This document shows, one piece after another, positions 61,554 to 64,000 of a DNA stretch of 64,000 bases (the first letter of the stretch is position 1; each line of letters starts with the position of its first letter). The notes beneath the pieces were generated by a model. The model had not been told where the DNA came from and did not search any database. It was given only the letters and a program-made list of their open reading frames with translations. Origin of the DNA: Octopus sinensis (taxonomy: Eukaryota); contig NC_042999.1 in assembly GCF_006345805.1 (NCBI RefSeq), positions 129,828,001 through 129,892,000 of the forward strand, given 5' to 3'. Position numbers and translations under genes: made by a program.

Positions 61554-61830
61554 CTATAGTACAGGTAGCTAAGTTATCTAAAATTTAACAGATGAACTGA
61601 AGATAGAATGCATATAAAGGCAGAGGGAAAAATATTTCATTGTCAAGATTTTAAACTTGCATTATGCCAACTGTCCAACCCATGCCAGCATGGAAACTGG
61701 ACGTTAAATGATGATGATGACAGAATAAAAAATTTCATCATAAACAAACTAAAATAAAGAAATTAAGTGATTAGCAAGTATTTCAGGAAAATGTAAAGAA
61801 AAACCTTTTCTTCATAGAAACAACACTTAC

Positions 61831-61959
61831 ATTGTTCTTCTTTGGTCTTGTAATATTCCATATTGATGACTATATCATTAACTTTATCATATGCCAATTC
61901 AAAAGAATTCATGACTTCAAGATTCCTATCTTTCTGTTGACCAATCAGAGCTCCTAGCA
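61831..61959 (-). CDS. COPS6: COPS6 coding exon (MPN domain start); upstream exon(s) not found in window
   Basis: (V)[42 protein letters not shown](F); acceptor TTTTCTTTTTAAG, donor GTAAGT. Confidence 0.97.
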
Positions 61960-64000
61960 CTTAAAAAGAAAAGAGCATTCAATTTTAAGAATATGAAACA
62001 TTGACAGTTAATTTTCAATTGTTTTAAAGAAATTTTTAATAAGGTTTATTAATTACTTTTTCCTAAAGCTTTATGCCTGTCATTCAGTACATCAACCTTA
62101 ACTTATCTAAATTCATGCCATTGACCAACTGTTTTCCCTTTAGACCCTTTTTTTTTTTCATTTTCAGTTAGTTTATCATCTTTTGCAAACGTTGGTAGCT
62201 AATCTAAATAAAAGGTTAGAAAAGGAATTTTAAAATTAGATTTCCTCCTTAATACTGTTAAGTAAGCAGCACCATAACAACACAATCACAAGCCATCATG
62301 TCTTTTAAGAACAAACATACTGTGAGATGAACTTGACAGCTTTATCTGCTAACAGTCATACTCATTATATATCTCCAAAAACAAAACAATTTACATTACT
62401 GTATCCTCACTATTCAAGAACAAATACATCAGATTTCCTATAAATTATTTGGCTTAACATTTCTCATAAGCCTTTTATAGATGCAAAAATTTCGAAAAAA
62501 AAAACAAAGAATCTGTGAAAAGTTACAAAGGTTGAGATCACTATTCAATGCCAGATGATACTTAGTCCTGAACATCTGTAAACCCTACACAAGGCACAAT
62601 CGCTTATTTATCACTATAGAGAACTGCCTAAATTCATATTCTAAATTGTATTAGAACAAAAAAAAAAAAATACTCTTCAACAATACTGAAGATTTCAATC
62701 ACCAACTCTTTACAACTGCTGGTATATTAAGCTGTATCCTCTTGTCACACAACTGAAGGACCCCTTTGGTCATGAATGACCATGGGATTGCACCTAGAAA
62801 GTTCCCCTCCAAGACACAAGTCTGGGCAAGGTTGTTTATGAAAGACCAGCAGTTGCCCATGCATACCAGTCTCCCCTCTCCACACCACTTATGTTCTCCA
62901 AGGGAAGGGCAAAGGCTAACACAGCTTGGCACCAGTGATGTTGCAACTCATTTCTACAGCTAATGTGAAATAAAGCATTTTGCTCAAGAACACAACACGG
63001 TCTGGGAATTGAACTCACTACTTCATGATTGTTAGCCTGACACTAATTACTGGGCCATACACCTTCAATGTCACACAACTAAGGCTACTATAATGGTCTC
63101 TGCTCCTCTAAACTTCCTGAATGTATGCTACTTTTGCTTGAATCACTTCATACATTTGTTTTCTTCTTCCCAAAACCAACAAATGAACATTAGAGTCTCT
63201 ATACAATCTATTTCCTCTAGAATTACAAGCTTCTTGAATTTGTTTTACCTTGTATTACCTTCAATCTGCAACAACTAAAAATGAACATCAACTATAGAAC
63301 TTTCTCCAGTTCCAAAAGAGTCTCAAAAGTCTATAAGCACTGCCTACAGTCTCAAAGAAATAGAATATTTAAGATTAATTTCAACTATTTAGTAATTCTT
63401 ACTCATAAGTATTGACTAAAGCTGAACTAGTCACAGCAATTAATAAGAGAGAAAAGGAAGGGAGCAGTAAGTAAGATGAAACAAAAACGTTACCATTTGG
63501 AACTACTTTGAAAATAGTCAAGAGGAAAAACCCAATAGAAGACAAAACATTACGTACATACTTAGATCTTATATCAAGAATTTTTCATACTGATTTAGTT
63601 GTAACTCTGCTTCACCTATAACAACCATTATTACTTTCTCTTCTGTTACATATTGGACATATCAACATTTCTGTCTCAATCCAGCTCTTCTCCACCCTGT
63701 TTCTCTGGATTTATTCAATCTATGACATCTGTGCATGCCTTAACTACAGATGGTAGCAGTAGTTTGCTTACTGAACTGGTTGTTCTGGCTGTTGACAATC
63801 TGTCGCCTGCTCATCCACATAGTATCTAGTGACATTTGCCATTGATTCAATAAGTTCAGTTGCCATCCACCAGTTCACATCCACCATTCTGCAGCCTATA
63901 ATTTCAATGTACACTGGCTCAAGTGGTTACAGGCTATTTAATCCACAGCTAGGATCCTGACAGGTGCTACTACTCAGGGGCAGAGTAGACCTGGGAACAA

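Overview
AT-rich, microsatellite- and SINE-dense animal genomic DNA. The repeat families and retroposon tails suggest an octopus/cephalopod, which is an inference. Two spliced host genes lie on the minus strand: nine coding exons of COP9 signalosome subunit 6 (COPS6, 47993-61959; the 5'-most exon(s) were not found in the window) and an unnamed cyclic-nucleotide-binding-domain gene (exons 1184-1271 and 12702-12955, probable start exon 20107-20150). The main feature is a young, apparently intact Penelope-like retroelement (1888-9798) inserted in a (TA)n tract in an intron of the CNBD gene. It has an uninterrupted RT + C-terminal GIY-YIG ORF (5105-7615), two ~2.24-kb direct pseudo-LTRs about 99% identical by eye, and an inverted, internally deleted third pLTR copy at its 5' end. 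Each of the three copies carries a type I hammerhead ribozyme fold with a palindromic stem III. The ribozyme looks like a fusion of two tandem minimal hammerheads, each having lost the opposite half of the catalytic core. The inverted copy puts a sense-oriented ribozyme and ~900 bp of potential dsRNA into the host pre-mRNA. The rest of the window holds decayed R4/Dong, HERO, RTE and RNase-H LINEs, Tc1/mariner/maT fossils, a MITE with perfect 97-bp TIRs, a solo LTR and many SINEs. Most short ORFs in the supplied track are microsatellite artefacts. All alignments and folds were done by eye.
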